Below, piece after piece: positions 38,838 to 48,917 of a stretch of 64,000 bases of DNA. Source of the stretch: Patescibacteria group bacterium (GTDB taxonomy: Bacteria > Patescibacteriota > Minisyncoccia > Minisyncoccales > JAQTPW01); NCBI GenBank assembly GCA_043804755.1, contig JAZDIT010000044.1:24-64023 (forward strand), in the 5' to 3' direction. Positions within the stretch are counted from its first letter, which is position 1, and every line of letters begins with the position of its first letter. Under the pieces are notes generated by a model, which ran no database searches, had not been told where the DNA came from, and was given only the letters and a program-made list of their open reading frames with translations. A program made the position numbers and the translations under genes.

Positions 38838-38890
38838 GAACCTTCGCTTCGCGAAGAACCTTGATTCCTCGCTAACGCTCAGAAATAACG
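38835..38890 (+). repeat. Intercistronic repeat unit, mreB-gatC junction
   Basis: TAAGAACCTTCGCTTCGCGAAGAACCTTGATTCCTCGCTAACGCTCAGAAATAACG-ATG. Confidence 0.85.
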
Positions 38891-39175
38891 ATGTTATCTA
38901 AAGAAGAAGTACAACATATCGCAAAACTTGCGAGATTAGGCATTACTTCCGAAGAAGAAGGAGAATTTGCGAAAGATCTTTCTTCGATTTTGGATTACAT
39001 TGAAAAACTTAAAAAAGTAGACGTTTCGAATATCCCGCCTGCCAGCCATGCCGTTTTGGTTGAGAATATGATGAGAGAAGATTCGGAGGGGGAAAAATCC
39101 GACGGCCAAAAACTATTGGGTTTGTCTCCGGAAACGAAAGACGGATTTTTAAAAGTAAAATCGATTTTCAAATGA
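38891..39175 (+). CDS. gatC: Glu/Asp-tRNA amidotransferase subunit C
   Basis: GatC family, 94 aa. Confidence 0.88.
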   Translation: MLSKEEVQHIAKLARLGITSEEEGEFAKDLSSILDYIEKLKKVDVSNIPPASHAVLVENMMREDSEGEKSDGQKLLGLSPETKDGFLKVKSIFK

Positions 39176-40596
39176 TGGATCCGACCTCACTCACAATCGA
39201 AGAAACTCATGAAGGACTGGAAAAAAAAGAATTTTCAGCCGTTGAATTGTGCAAATCCTACCTTAATTCGATAAAAGAAAAGGACAAGGAAATCCATGCC
39301 TTCCTTTCTTTAAACGAAGAGTCTGCTCTTTCTCAGGCGAAAGATATTGATAATCTAATTTCGGAAAAAAAATCAATTTCGGTTTTGTCCGGGATTCCTT
39401 CGGCGATAAAAGATGTCATCTTGGTCGAAGGATTAAAATGCACGGCAGGTTCCAAGATACTTGAAAATTATAAAGCTCCTTATGATGCAACTGTCATCAA
39501 AAAGTTAAAGGCACAGGGTGTAGTGATACTCGGCAAGACGAATATGGACGAGTTTGCCATGGGAAGTTCTACCGAAAATTCCGCTTTCGGACCGACCAAG
39601 AATCCTCACAATTTGGAAAGAGTTTCCGGCGGGTCTTCGGGCGGATCGGCGGCGGCAGTCGCGGCAAATATGTGCACATTCGCCCTCGGGTCTGATACAG
39701 GCGGATCTATACGGCAGCCCGCATCGTTTTGCGGAGTTGTAGGATTGAAACCGACCTACGGGGCGGTTTCCCGATATGGTTTGATGGCGATGGCTTCTTC
39801 ACTGGACCAAATAGGACCGTTTGCGAAAACGGTTGCAGATTGCAAAACCGTTTTTGACATAATAAAAGGAAAGGATACTTTCGATTCGACCAGCGTTGAC
39901 ATTAATCTAAAATCTGAAATTTTAAATCTTAAATCTTTAAAGATCGGCGTTCCCAAAGAATATTTTATAAAAGGAATGGATCCAGAAGTTGAACGGCTTG
40001 TGAGGGAAGCGATAAAAAAAATTGAAAACACGGGAGCAAAAATAGAAGAAATCAGTTTGCCGCATACGGAATATGCATTGGCAACCTATTATATAATTAT
40101 GCCGGCCGAAGTTTCCGCCAATTTGGCGAGATACGACGGGATAAAATACGGGTTATCCAAAAGCGGCGGCAAGGATCTGCTGGATGTTTACTTGCAGAGC
40201 AGGGAAGAAGGATTCGGCAAGGAAGCCAGAAGGAGGATAATGCTGGGAACCTACACTTTATCAGCCGGATATTACGATGCCTATTATCTGAGGGCTCAAA
40301 AGGTCAGGACATTGATAAAAAACGACTTCGAGGATGTTTTCAAAAAAGTTGATGCCATTTTTACGCCCGTATCTCCGACTACGGCATTCAAAATAGGCGA
40401 AAAAGTAGAAGATCCGTTAACGATGTATCTGTCCGATATTTTCACCGTTTCGGTGAATCTGGCGGGTTTACCTGCAATTTCCATACCTTGTGGTAAAATA
40501 AATAAATTGCCGGTCGGTTTGCAAATTATCGGCAAGCCCTTCGAGGAACAGAAAATTTTGGAAATCGGAGAAATTATCGAAAAACAATTGAAATAA
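39172..40596 (+). CDS. gatA: Glu/Asp-tRNA amidotransferase subunit A
   Basis: Amidase signature ([12 protein letters not shown]). Confidence 0.93.
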   Translation: MMDPTSLTIEETHEGLEKKEFSAVELCKSYLNSIKEKDKEIHAFLSLNEESALSQAKDIDNLISEKKSISVLSGIPSAIKDVILVEGLKCTAGSKILENYKAPYDATVIKKLKAQGVVILGKTNMDEFAMGSSTENSAFGPTKNPHNLERVSGGSSGGSAAAVAANMCTFALGSDTGGSIRQPASFCGVVGLKPTYGAVSRYGLMAMASSLDQIGPFAKTVADCKTVFDIIKGKDTFDSTSVDINLKSEILNLKSLKIGVPKEYFIKGMDPEVERLVREAIKKIENTGAKIEEISLPHTEYALATYYIIMPAEVSANLARYDGIKYGLSKSGGKDLLDVYLQSREEGFGKEARRRIMLGTYTLSAGYYDAYYLRAQKVRTLIKNDFEDVFKKVDAIFTPVSPTTAFKIGEKVEDPLTMYLSDIFTVSVNLAGLPAISIPCGKINKLPVGLQIIGKPFEEQKILEIGEIIEKQLK

Positions 40597-40598
40597 AT

Positions 40599-41126
40599 AT
40601 GCCGACAGATATAAACGATATAATCCAATATTTGAGTCCGATTATTTCAACCATTTACAGATGGTTGCCCGTATTAAGGATTGTCTTTTTGGCGATCTCC
40701 GTATTTCTTTTTGGGTTTATAATTTTCGCTTTGCTTAATACAACCTGGCTGAATAAATTATATCTGTGGGATGCGAAGGAATTTCTTACCAAACAGCCCT
40801 ATACGGTCAAAAAACTTTTTAAACAATGGCAGAAAATAAAAGTCCGGTTGGAGACAGGTATGGAAACGGAATATAAGCTGGCCGTTATTGAAGCGGACTC
40901 TCTCACTGATGATATTTTAAAGAGGATGGGATTTTTTGGAGAAACGCTGGGAGAAAGATTGGAAAAGGTGACAACAGCTATTCTCCCCGATATTGCCGAA
41001 TTGGCGGAAGCGCATAAAATCCGCAATAATATAGTCCGTGACCCCGACTACAGGTTATCAGCGGACGAAACAAAGAAAGTAATCGGTTCGTACGAAAAAG
41101 CCTTGGTCGAATTGCAGGCGCTGTAA
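40599..41126 (+). CDS. Hypothetical membrane-anchored protein
   Basis: N-terminal TM helix, then a helical cytoplasmic domain. Confidence 0.5.
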   Translation: MPTDINDIIQYLSPIISTIYRWLPVLRIVFLAISVFLFGFIIFALLNTTWLNKLYLWDAKEFLTKQPYTVKKLFKQWQKIKVRLETGMETEYKLAVIEADSLTDDILKRMGFFGETLGERLEKVTTAILPDIAELAEAHKIRNNIVRDPDYRLSADETKKVIGSYEKALVELQAL

Positions 41127-41133
41127 CGGATTA

Positions 41134-41162
41134 TTGAAATCGGGAGGAAAACGTGTTAAACT
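41134..41162 (+). promoter_or_regulatory. Candidate promoter TTGAAA-17-TAAACT upstream of the tRNA cluster
   Basis: Hexamer matches and spacing. Confidence 0.3.
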
Positions 41163-41177
41163 GTAGGCACCGCGCAT

Positions 41178-41249
41178 CGCGGGGTAGAGAACGGGTTATC
41201 TCGCGACTCTCATAAGGTCGAGAAGTGGGTTCAAGTCCCACCCCCGCAA
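41178..41249 (+). tRNA. tRNA-Met (CAU), initiator-like
   Basis: Hand-folded cloverleaf: acceptor CGCGGGG/CCCCGCA with C1:A72 mismatch, A11:U24 in the D stem, anticodon loop CUCAUAA, T arm GTGGG-TTCAAGT-CCCAC. Confidence 0.65.
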
Positions 41250-41295
41250 CAATCTGACTTCTCCGCCTAATAGGCGCTAAAAAGCCTCAGACCAG

Positions 41296-41367
41296 GCCGG
41301 CATAGCTCAGTGGTAGAGCAATGGCATCATAAGCCAGTGGTCGAGGGTCCGAATCCCCCTGCCGGCA
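41296..41367 (+). tRNA. tRNA with CAU anticodon (elongator Met or Ile2)
   Basis: Acceptor GCCGGCA/TGCCGGC, D arm GCTCAGTGGTAGAGC, anticodon loop AUCAUAA. Confidence 0.6.
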
Positions 41368-41379
41368 TAAAGAAAACGA

Positions 41380-41455
41380 GGACTCATGGTGTAGCCTGGT
41401 CTAACACGCCTCCCTGTCACGGAGGAGATCGGGGGTTCAAATCCCCCTGGGTCCG
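41380..41455 (+). tRNA. tRNA-Asp (GUC)
   Basis: Acceptor GGACTCA/TGGGTCC, anticodon loop CUGUCAC, T arm GGGGG-TTCAAAT-CCCCC, discriminator G. Confidence 0.65.
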
Positions 41456-41502
41456 CAACATAAAATATCCTTTTTGGATGTTTTTTGTTTTTGTTGGAAA
41501 AT

Positions 41503-41536
41503 TAATAAAAATAAAAACCCCGGTCTCGAACCGGGG
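41503..41536 (-). terminator. Rho-independent terminator for the minus-strand pyrEF gene (CCCCGGT-CTCGA-ACCGGGG, then a T-run on the minus strand)
   Basis: Hairpin with an A-run on the plus side (a T-run for the minus transcript). Confidence 0.65.
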
Positions 41537-41559
41537 CTTCACGCATTTATGATTGCGTG

Positions 41560-42867
41560 TTAGTTGATGTTAAGCTCCTCCTTCAGGAGGCGTTTCACTT
41601 CGGCAACGGGATCGGCCGCGCCGAAAATCTGTCGGCCCATCACGAGCTTGCTGGCGCCATTGTTTCTGGCATTGACCGGAGTATCTACCCTCCCTTGGTC
41701 GTTTGGATCAACACCAGGCGAACGGATTCCCGGAGTCGCGAGTTCCTTGTCGGGATAAAGGCGCTTGAGTTCTGACACCTCTTCCGCAGAACAGACGAAA
41801 CCATGGACGCCGGCGCGATTGGCAATCTCCGCCAGCTTCAGGACTTCTTCCATCGGGCGGCGTGTATAAATTTCCTCACAGGTGCCTTCCTTGAGCGAGG
41901 TCAGTACGGTAACTGCGAGAACCTTTGTCGGAGTGTCTTTGAGTAACTCGACCGCTGCCTTTGCCATCTCCTCCCCACCCGATGCATGGATGGTTGCGGC
42001 CCATGGTGGGTTGGGAAGCAAGTGTTTGATGATATTCTCCACAGTGTTCTTGATGTCATGGCATTTGAGGTCTGCCATGACCCGGCCGTACACCTGCAGG
42101 TTCGGGATGAGGTCCTTGATCCCCTCGTTTAGGAGGAGGTCGTTAGCCTTCAGGATACATCCTGAAGTTCTCAACTGGTCGATCACCGGCAGGATTTCCT
42201 CCCAGCTCTTTCCGTCCAGAGCGACTATGAGGGGATTTTTCTGTTCCACCTCGGCATCGCACCGCAACATGAGCCCGCTCGTAATGAGATATTTGCGGAT
42301 GTCATGAAGAGTTAAACCGGGCCAGATGCCTACCTTGATGCCCATTTCCTGGAACTTCTTTTTCCATCCCTGTTGCCGGTCAACCAGCACGATGTGGGGC
42401 AGAACTTGGAGTCCCATGGAAACGCACTTTAGGTATGGCGCTAGTTTGGAGGCGCCGTCGGTTATGACGTCATCGATTATGCACACGCTTTCATCGAATC
42501 TTGCCTCGCCGATGACGTCTGCTTTGGCCACCCTTCCTTCTTTCGGTTTCTCCCGAAGGGTAACGTAGGGGATGCCCGTTTTGACGGATATGAGGCCAGC
42601 AAAACAGCTGACCGCATCGGGCACTTCCGCGAACCGGTCGGGGCCGAGGCGCCGCAGTGCGTTGGCATATGTCTCCGCTAAGAAATCTAGCGCCTTTGGG
42701 TAGTTTCTGGCGTCTCTCAGATTAATATAAATATCTGTCTTCCCGCCACTCTTAAGCGGCAGGCTCCGGGCGTTGTCGGACTTGATCAAACCGTAATGGA
42801 GGAGCTCCTCTATTACAGAGATCTGTTCCCATTTAGTCAGCCAGGGTTGTCCAGAAATGTCCATCAT
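41560..42867 (-). CDS. Fused orotate phosphoribosyltransferase / OMP decarboxylase (PyrE-PyrF, UMP-synthase-like); GC-rich, probably acquired
   Basis: N-terminal PRPP-binding motif (IIDDVITDGAS); C-terminal OMPdecase motifs (LIVALDG, DLKCHDIKNT); about 55% GC; GGAGGGAG ribosome-binding site. Confidence 0.75.
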   Translation of the reverse strand: MMDISGQPWLTKWEQISVIEELLHYGLIKSDNARSLPLKSGGKTDIYINLRDARNYPKALDFLAETYANALRRLGPDRFAEVPDAVSCFAGLISVKTGIPYVTLREKPKEGRVAKADVIGEARFDESVCIIDDVITDGASKLAPYLKCVSMGLQVLPHIVLVDRQQGWKKKFQEMGIKVGIWPGLTLHDIRKYLITSGLMLRCDAEVEQKNPLIVALDGKSWEEILPVIDQLRTSGCILKANDLLLNEGIKDLIPNLQVYGRVMADLKCHDIKNTVENIIKHLLPNPPWAATIHASGGEEMAKAAVELLKDTPTKVLAVTVLTSLKEGTCEEIYTRRPMEEVLKLAEIANRAGVHGFVCSAEEVSELKRLYPDKELATPGIRSPGVDPNDQGRVDTPVNARNNGASKLVMGRQIFGAADPVAEVKRLLKEELNIN

Positions 42868-43029
42868 CTTTCTCCCTCCCTTTTTAGATTTTGAGCCAAT
42901 AAAATCTTATAAATTTACCTCCTTTTATTTATTGAATTTTCGGCTTGCTGACCCCAATATGCCACAAAATTTAAAAAAAATCAAGAGGCACTTTTGGCTG
43001 GCTATTAGAGTTTTCCACATATTTTGGGG

Positions 43030-43058
43030 TTGATTTCAGCTTAAAATTAAGGTAAAAT
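43030..43058 (+). promoter_or_regulatory. Candidate promoter TTGATT-17-TAAAAT for pheST
   Basis: Hexamers and spacing; 9 nt before the ATG region. Confidence 0.4.
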
Positions 43059-43066
43059 GATAGAAT

Positions 43067-44104
43067 ATGGCGGTCAAATTTAATCTGAAAATACTGAAAA
43101 ATCAGATCAAAAAAGGGATAGATAGCGCAAAAGACGAGAAAGAACTGAATGATATTCTAAAGGAATATATGGGTAAAAAAGGGCATCTGACCCTTATTTT
43201 GCGTTCTTTAGAGAGATTGCCTAAAGCAAAAAGAGCAAAAATAGGCAAAGAAGCAAATGAACTGAAAAATTATTTTCGGGTTCAGTTTGAAGAAAAAGCC
43301 GGGAAAGTCAAAGAAAAAATGCATAATGAAGCGGATGCGAAAGAGTGGATTGATATAACCGTGCCAGGGAAGAAACCGGCTCTCGGCCATTTAAATCCTT
43401 TGACGTTGGCAAAAATGGAAGTGGAGGAAATTTTCCAGTCAATGGGGTTTTCTGTTGTACAAGGTCCCGACATCGAAACCGAATGGTATAATTTCGATGC
43501 TTTGAATATTCCCAAAGATCATCCCGCAAGAGACCAATGGGACACTTTTTGGCTGAAAACCGATAATAACCCGCAACTGCTGCTTAGAACGCACACAAGC
43601 CCCGTCCAGGCGCGCTACATGGAAAAAAACAATCCGCCCTTGAGGATAATCGTTCCGGGAGACGTTTTCAGGCATGAAGCCACCGACGCCTCGCACGAAT
43701 TCCAGCTTTATCAGGTGGAAGGATTGATGGTGGATAAGGGAATTTCCGCCGCAAATTTCAAGGCGATTGTGGAAGAATTCTTTAAAAGATTTTTCAAAAA
43801 AGAGACAAAAATAAGATTAAGGCCTGATTTTTTCCCTTTTACGGAACCTTCCTTTGACGTCAGCATAAGTTGCCTGGTTTGCGGAGGAAAGGGTTGCCCA
43901 GTTTGCAAACAAACCGGTTGGGTGGAAGTTGCCGGCGCCGGAATGGTTCACCCGAACGTTTTCAAAAATTCAGGGCTGAATCCCAAAGAATGGCAGGGAT
44001 GGGCATTCGGTTTCGGTTTGGAAAGATTGACTATGATGAAATATAAAATAGATGATATCAGATTGTTCCGTTCCGGAGATTTAAGATTTTTAAATCAATT
44101 CTGA
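43067..44104 (+). CDS. pheS: Phenylalanyl-tRNA synthetase alpha subunit
   Basis: Class II core motifs. Confidence 0.92.
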   Translation: MAVKFNLKILKNQIKKGIDSAKDEKELNDILKEYMGKKGHLTLILRSLERLPKAKRAKIGKEANELKNYFRVQFEEKAGKVKEKMHNEADAKEWIDITVPGKKPALGHLNPLTLAKMEVEEIFQSMGFSVVQGPDIETEWYNFDALNIPKDHPARDQWDTFWLKTDNNPQLLLRTHTSPVQARYMEKNNPPLRIIVPGDVFRHEATDASHEFQLYQVEGLMVDKGISAANFKAIVEEFFKRFFKKETKIRLRPDFFPFTEPSFDVSISCLVCGGKGCPVCKQTGWVEVAGAGMVHPNVFKNSGLNPKEWQGWAFGFGLERLTMMKYKIDDIRLFRSGDLRFLNQF

Positions 44105-46140
44105 TGAAATTTTCATATAACTGGTTACAATCTTTTTTCACAAAAAAATTGCCTATACCCGAAGAACTGGCAAAAGTTTTAACGTTACATTTCGCGGAAG
44201 TTGAAGATGTAAAAAAAGAAGGAAACGATTCCGTCCTGGATATCGATGTCAGGCCTAACAGGGCCGGCGATTGCTTATCTCATATTGGCATTGCGCGGGA
44301 AATATCAGCGATATTGAATTACAAATTAAAAATTCCGGATTCCAAATTTATTGAAGATAAAAAGCTTAAAGCAAGAGATTTTGTAAGCGTAAGATTTGAA
44401 GGTAAGGGTCCCTGTGCAAGATATACGGCAAGGGTCGTCAGCGGATTGGAAGTGGGTCCTTCGCCGGAATGGATTCAGGAAAGGCTGCGAGTCTGCGGTT
44501 TGAGGCCGATTAACAACGTCGTTGATATAGCAAACTACGTTATGCTTGAAACGGGTCAACCTCTGCATGCCTTTGATAATGAGAAAATAGAGGGCAGGGG
44601 AATAGTGGTGAGATTCGCAAAAAACGGGGAAAGAATCGTAACTCTGGACGAAAACAAATATGATCTGGATGATGAAATATTAGTGATTGCCGACAGTAAA
44701 AAACCGATGGCGATAGCGGGTATTAAAGGCGGAAAAATTCCCGAAGTGGATAAAAATACGAAAACGATAGTCATAGAGTCGGCAAATTTCAATTCTCAGG
44801 TTATCAGAAGGGCTTCAGGGAAAATAAATTTAAAAACGGATGCTTCTTTGAGATTTGAGCATGGGATAGACCCGAACATGGCGGAATCTGCGATAAACAG
44901 GGCGGCATATCTGATTAAAAAAATTGCCGGCGGGAGAGTAACAGGAGGATTAATCGATATTTACCCGAAAAAAATTTTCCCGAAGTTTATAAAACTGGAT
45001 TTGGCATATGCAAAAAGTCTTTTAGGAGTGGAAATTCCCACGGAAAAGATAAAAACTATTCTCGAAAATCTTGATTTCGAAATCAGAAACAGAAAATTAA
45101 AGAATCCGAAATTTTTGGACATCAAAGTCCCGACCCGCAGGATTGACGTTTCAATACCGGAAGACCTGATCGAAGAAATCGGAAGAATTTACGGTTATGG
45201 AAAAATTACCGCCGTTTTCCCCAGAACCTCTCTTATCCCTCCGAAAAGGAACTTGGATATTTTCTGGGAGGATGCAGTGAAGAATATTCTGAAAGAAATC
45301 GGTTTCACGGAGGTTTACAATTATTGTTTCATATCGGATGCGGATAAAGACATATTCGGTAACGGGAAACTGATTGAAATTGAAAATCCTTTGAGTGTCG
45401 ACCAAAAATATCTGAGGCCGAGCTTGGTACCGAATTTATTGAAAGCCGTCCAAAAAAACGAAAAGAATTCGGGGAAAATTAAAATTTTCGAACTCGGGAA
45501 AACTTTTAAAAAAGAAGGAAGCGATTTTAAAGAGAAAAGAATGCTTACCCTTGCGGTTTTGGGAGAAGAATTTTACGGGTTAAAAGGCGTTGCTGATGCA
45601 TTGTTGGAGAAGCTTGGCATAGGAAATGTCTGGTATGATTCGTTCAAGCCGACTCCCGAGGAAACCAAATTATCGATGTGGCATTCAAAAAAGTGCGCGG
45701 AAGTCAAAATCGACGATAAGGAAATCGGCTTTCTTGGAGAAATTTCCCCAAGAGTTCTCGGAGATCTGAAAATTTCCAGAACAACCGTGCTGGATATTGA
45801 TTTCGATTTATTGTGCAAACATTGTTCGGAAGAGCATGAATACCGGCCGATTTCCAAATTTCCGGCCGCAGTGCGCGATATTTCAATCCTGGTTCCAAAA
45901 GACGTATTGGTTGAGGAAGTTTTAAATAAAATCGAAAAAGCCGGAGGAAACACCATACGCGACATAGATCTTTTCGATATTTATGAAGGTAATGAACTCC
46001 CCGGGCAGAAGAAAAATCTGGCTTTCCATATAATCTATCAGGCAGAAGACAGAACGCTGTCTTCGGTCGAAATAGACGAGATACAAAATAAAATAATAAA
46101 AGCTTTGGAAAAGATGTCGGAATGGCAGGTAAGAAAATAA
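44104..46140 (+). CDS. pheT: Phenylalanyl-tRNA synthetase beta subunit (short form)
   Basis: B3/B4, B5 and anticodon-binding domains; 678 aa. Confidence 0.9.
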   Translation: MKFSYNWLQSFFTKKLPIPEELAKVLTLHFAEVEDVKKEGNDSVLDIDVRPNRAGDCLSHIGIAREISAILNYKLKIPDSKFIEDKKLKARDFVSVRFEGKGPCARYTARVVSGLEVGPSPEWIQERLRVCGLRPINNVVDIANYVMLETGQPLHAFDNEKIEGRGIVVRFAKNGERIVTLDENKYDLDDEILVIADSKKPMAIAGIKGGKIPEVDKNTKTIVIESANFNSQVIRRASGKINLKTDASLRFEHGIDPNMAESAINRAAYLIKKIAGGRVTGGLIDIYPKKIFPKFIKLDLAYAKSLLGVEIPTEKIKTILENLDFEIRNRKLKNPKFLDIKVPTRRIDVSIPEDLIEEIGRIYGYGKITAVFPRTSLIPPKRNLDIFWEDAVKNILKEIGFTEVYNYCFISDADKDIFGNGKLIEIENPLSVDQKYLRPSLVPNLLKAVQKNEKNSGKIKIFELGKTFKKEGSDFKEKRMLTLAVLGEEFYGLKGVADALLEKLGIGNVWYDSFKPTPEETKLSMWHSKKCAEVKIDDKEIGFLGEISPRVLGDLKISRTTVLDIDFDLLCKHCSEEHEYRPISKFPAAVRDISILVPKDVLVEEVLNKIEKAGGNTIRDIDLFDIYEGNELPGQKKNLAFHIIYQAEDRTLSSVEIDEIQNKIIKALEKMSEWQVRK

Positions 46141-46161
46141 GAAATCATATTATTATTCAAC

Positions 46162-48084
46162 ATGACAAAAGAAAACAAACCAGAATCAAACTATACGGCA
46201 AAAGATATTTATGTTTTGGAAGGGCTTGATCCGGTCAGGAAACGGCCGGCAATGTATATAGGTTCTACGGGACCGGACGGTCTTCATCATTTGGTTTGGG
46301 AAGTGGTTGATAATTCGCTTGATGAAGCGATGGCCGGCTTCGCAAAAAACATTGAAGTTGCTTTGCTTGTGCATGACAGAGTGAGAACAAGCGATGACGG
46401 AAGGGGAATTCCCGTTGATATACATAAGCAAACGAAAAAATCCGCCCTGGAAACAGTTATTACCACTTTGCATGCGGGTGGAAAATTCGGCGGAGAGGCC
46501 TATAAAGTTTCAGGAGGTTTGCACGGAGTCGGAATTTCGGTGGTCTGTGCACTATCTACATGGATGAGGGCGGAAGTTTGCCGGGACGGATTTCTGCACG
46601 CGCAGGAATATTCAAAAGGAAAAGTGAAAACACCCGTCAGAAAAGAAGGAAAATGCAAAAAAACCGGAACGACAATAATCTTTGAACCCGATGTGGAAAT
46701 TTTCAAAGAAATAAAGTTTGAATCGAAAAGAATAATCAACCATCTGAGGCAACAGGCCTATCTTACGAAAGGAGTCAGGATCAACATTATCGACAGCAGA
46801 GAAAAACCGGAAAAAACATACACATTTTATTTTGAAGGAGGTCTCGCTTCATATGTGAAGTATCTTATAAAAGGAAGCGTTCCAAGGCATCCGAATCTGT
46901 TTTACGTTTCTGGAGAATACGGCGGAATTTTGGTTGAAGCCGGTTTCCAATATACCGAAGAATTCGAAACCTATGAAGAAAGTTTCGCAAATAACATCTG
47001 GACGCAAGAAGGAGGCACTCACCTTACCGGTTTCAGGACTGCGATAACAAGAACATTCAACGATTATGCAAGGAAAAACAGTCTTCTCAAAGAAGATGAA
47101 GAGAATTTAAGCGGAGAAGATATAAGGGAAGGACTGACCGGAGTCGTTTCGGTGAAAATACAGGAACCTCAATTCGAGGGCCAGACAAAAGCAAAACTCG
47201 GCAATGCCGAGGCAAAAGTATCAGTAGAAAACGTGGTCTCCGATGCTTTGGCGGATTTTCTCGAGAGAAACCCGCAGGATGCGAGAGCTATCATCGAAAA
47301 ATGCATTTTGTCACAAAAGGCGAGGAAAGCTGCAAAAGTTGCAAAGGAAACGGTTTTAAGAAAGGGAATTCTCGATGGGTTGGCTTTACCCGGAAAATTG
47401 GCGGATTGCACCTCGCGAAAACCAGAAGAATGTGAATTATTTATAGTAGAAGGTGAATCGGCTGGTGGTTCAAGCCGCCAGGCGAGAGACAGACATTTTC
47501 AGGCCATTTTGCCCTTAAGAGGGAAAATACTGAATGTGGAAAGAGCGCGCCTCGATAAAATTTTGGAATCAAAAGAAATTAAATCTTTGATCATAGCTTT
47601 GGGCATGGCTATTGCGGATGATTTTGATATTGAAAAAGCCAGATACCATAAAATAGTTATAATGTGTGATGCCGATTCGGATGGAAACCACATAAGGACT
47701 TTGCTTTTGACCTTCTTTTACCGGCACTTCAGGCCTATAATCGAGAGGGGATATTTGTATATCGCCCAGCCGCCTCTTTACAGAATCCAGTCGGGAAAAG
47801 ACATAAAATACGCATATTCAGAGGAACAGAAGAATGAAGTGGTAAAATCCCTTAAAAAAGCAATCGGTATAAATATCCAAAGATATAAGGGTTTGGGAGA
47901 AATGAACGCTGAACAACTCTGGGAGACGACAATGGATCCAAAAAACAGGGTTTTGTTGCAGGTTGCCATTGATAATACAAAAGAGGCCGACAGAACCTTC
48001 GATATTTTGATGGGCGACGAGGTTTTACCGAGAAAAAAATTCATCCAGACGTACGCAAAGAAAGTGAGAAATCTGGACATATAA
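46162..48084 (+). CDS. gyrB: DNA gyrase / topoisomerase IV subunit B
   Basis: GHKL ATPase, TOPRIM (EGESAGG, DADSDG). Confidence 0.92.
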   Translation: MTKENKPESNYTAKDIYVLEGLDPVRKRPAMYIGSTGPDGLHHLVWEVVDNSLDEAMAGFAKNIEVALLVHDRVRTSDDGRGIPVDIHKQTKKSALETVITTLHAGGKFGGEAYKVSGGLHGVGISVVCALSTWMRAEVCRDGFLHAQEYSKGKVKTPVRKEGKCKKTGTTIIFEPDVEIFKEIKFESKRIINHLRQQAYLTKGVRINIIDSREKPEKTYTFYFEGGLASYVKYLIKGSVPRHPNLFYVSGEYGGILVEAGFQYTEEFETYEESFANNIWTQEGGTHLTGFRTAITRTFNDYARKNSLLKEDEENLSGEDIREGLTGVVSVKIQEPQFEGQTKAKLGNAEAKVSVENVVSDALADFLERNPQDARAIIEKCILSQKARKAAKVAKETVLRKGILDGLALPGKLADCTSRKPEECELFIVEGESAGGSSRQARDRHFQAILPLRGKILNVERARLDKILESKEIKSLIIALGMAIADDFDIEKARYHKIVIMCDADSDGNHIRTLLLTFFYRHFRPIIERGYLYIAQPPLYRIQSGKDIKYAYSEEQKNEVVKSLKKAIGINIQRYKGLGEMNAEQLWETTMDPKNRVLLQVAIDNTKEADRTFDILMGDEVLPRKKFIQTYAKKVRNLDI

Positions 48085-48126
48085 GAGATTTGACATTTTT
48101 ACCGTCTTCGGTTACCATAAAAGTGT

Positions 48127-48145
48127 GGCCGAAAGGCCGTTTTTT
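48127..48145 (+). terminator. Rho-independent terminator after gyrB (GGCCGAAAGGCC + TTTTTT)
   Basis: GNRA-like loop hairpin plus T6. Confidence 0.7.
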
Positions 48146-48165
48146 AAAACGCAAAATTTATTACC

Positions 48166-48357
48166 ATGGGAATTTTTACAAAAATTACAACATTTTTTAA
48201 GGAGGTCGCAATAGAAATGAAAAAGGTTAACTGGCCCACCCGCCAGGAAACGATAAAATACACCTTGATAGTTCTGGGTATTTCGGTAGGAGTGGCCATT
48301 TATCTCGGTGGCCTCGATTTTCTGTTTACTACGATATTAAACAGGTTTGTATTTTAA
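48166..48357 (+). CDS. secE: Preprotein translocase subunit SecE
   Basis: 63 aa, single C-terminal TM; precedes nusG. Confidence 0.85.
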   Translation: MGIFTKITTFFKEVAIEMKKVNWPTRQETIKYTLIVLGISVGVAIYLGGLDFLFTTILNRFVF

Positions 48358-48359
48358 CC

Positions 48360-48905
48360 ATGCCAAGACAAATTCTTCCACAAGAAAGAAATTGGTACGT
48401 ACTCCACACGTATTCGGGTTATGAAGATGCTGTTGCCAAAAATTTGAAACAGCGTATTGAATCGTTGGGAATGGAAGATAAGATTTTCAACGTCATTGTG
48501 CCAAAGGAAAAAAAGATTAAAATAAAGGACGGAAAGAGAAGAGTGACCGAAGAAAAGGTTTATCCGGGATATGTATTGGTGGAAATGGTAGTTACCGATG
48601 ATTCCTGGTATGTCGTCAGAAATACTCCGAATGTAACCGGATTTGTCGGAGCGGGTACCACTCCTGTACCGGTTTCAAAAGAAGAAATAGACAATCTGAA
48701 AAAGAGAATGGGGGTTGAAGAACCGCAATATAAGATAGAAGTTGAAGTCGGAGATTTGGTAAAAATTGTCGACGGCCCTTTCAAGGATTTCGACGGAAAA
48801 GTTTCCGAAGTCGATGCCGAAAGGGGAAAAGTGAAAGTGTTGGTCAATATGTTCGGTCGAGATACTCCAGTCGAATTGGATTCGTTACAAATTAAGAAAG
48901 TTTAA
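48360..48905 (+). CDS. nusG: Transcription termination/antitermination factor NusG
   Basis: NGN plus KOW domains. Confidence 0.92.
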   Translation: MPRQILPQERNWYVLHTYSGYEDAVAKNLKQRIESLGMEDKIFNVIVPKEKKIKIKDGKRRVTEEKVYPGYVLVEMVVTDDSWYVVRNTPNVTGFVGAGTTPVPVSKEEIDNLKKRMGVEEPQYKIEVEVGDLVKIVDGPFKDFDGKVSEVDAERGKVKVLVNMFGRDTPVELDSLQIKKV

Positions 48906-48917
48906 TTACTAATCACT

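Noticed and set aside
41564-42668. Plus-strand ORFs (64-141 aa) across the pyrEF region
   Set aside because: GC-rich sequence generates long antisense reading frames. The minus-strand ORF has clear PyrE/PyrF motifs and a ribosome-binding site.
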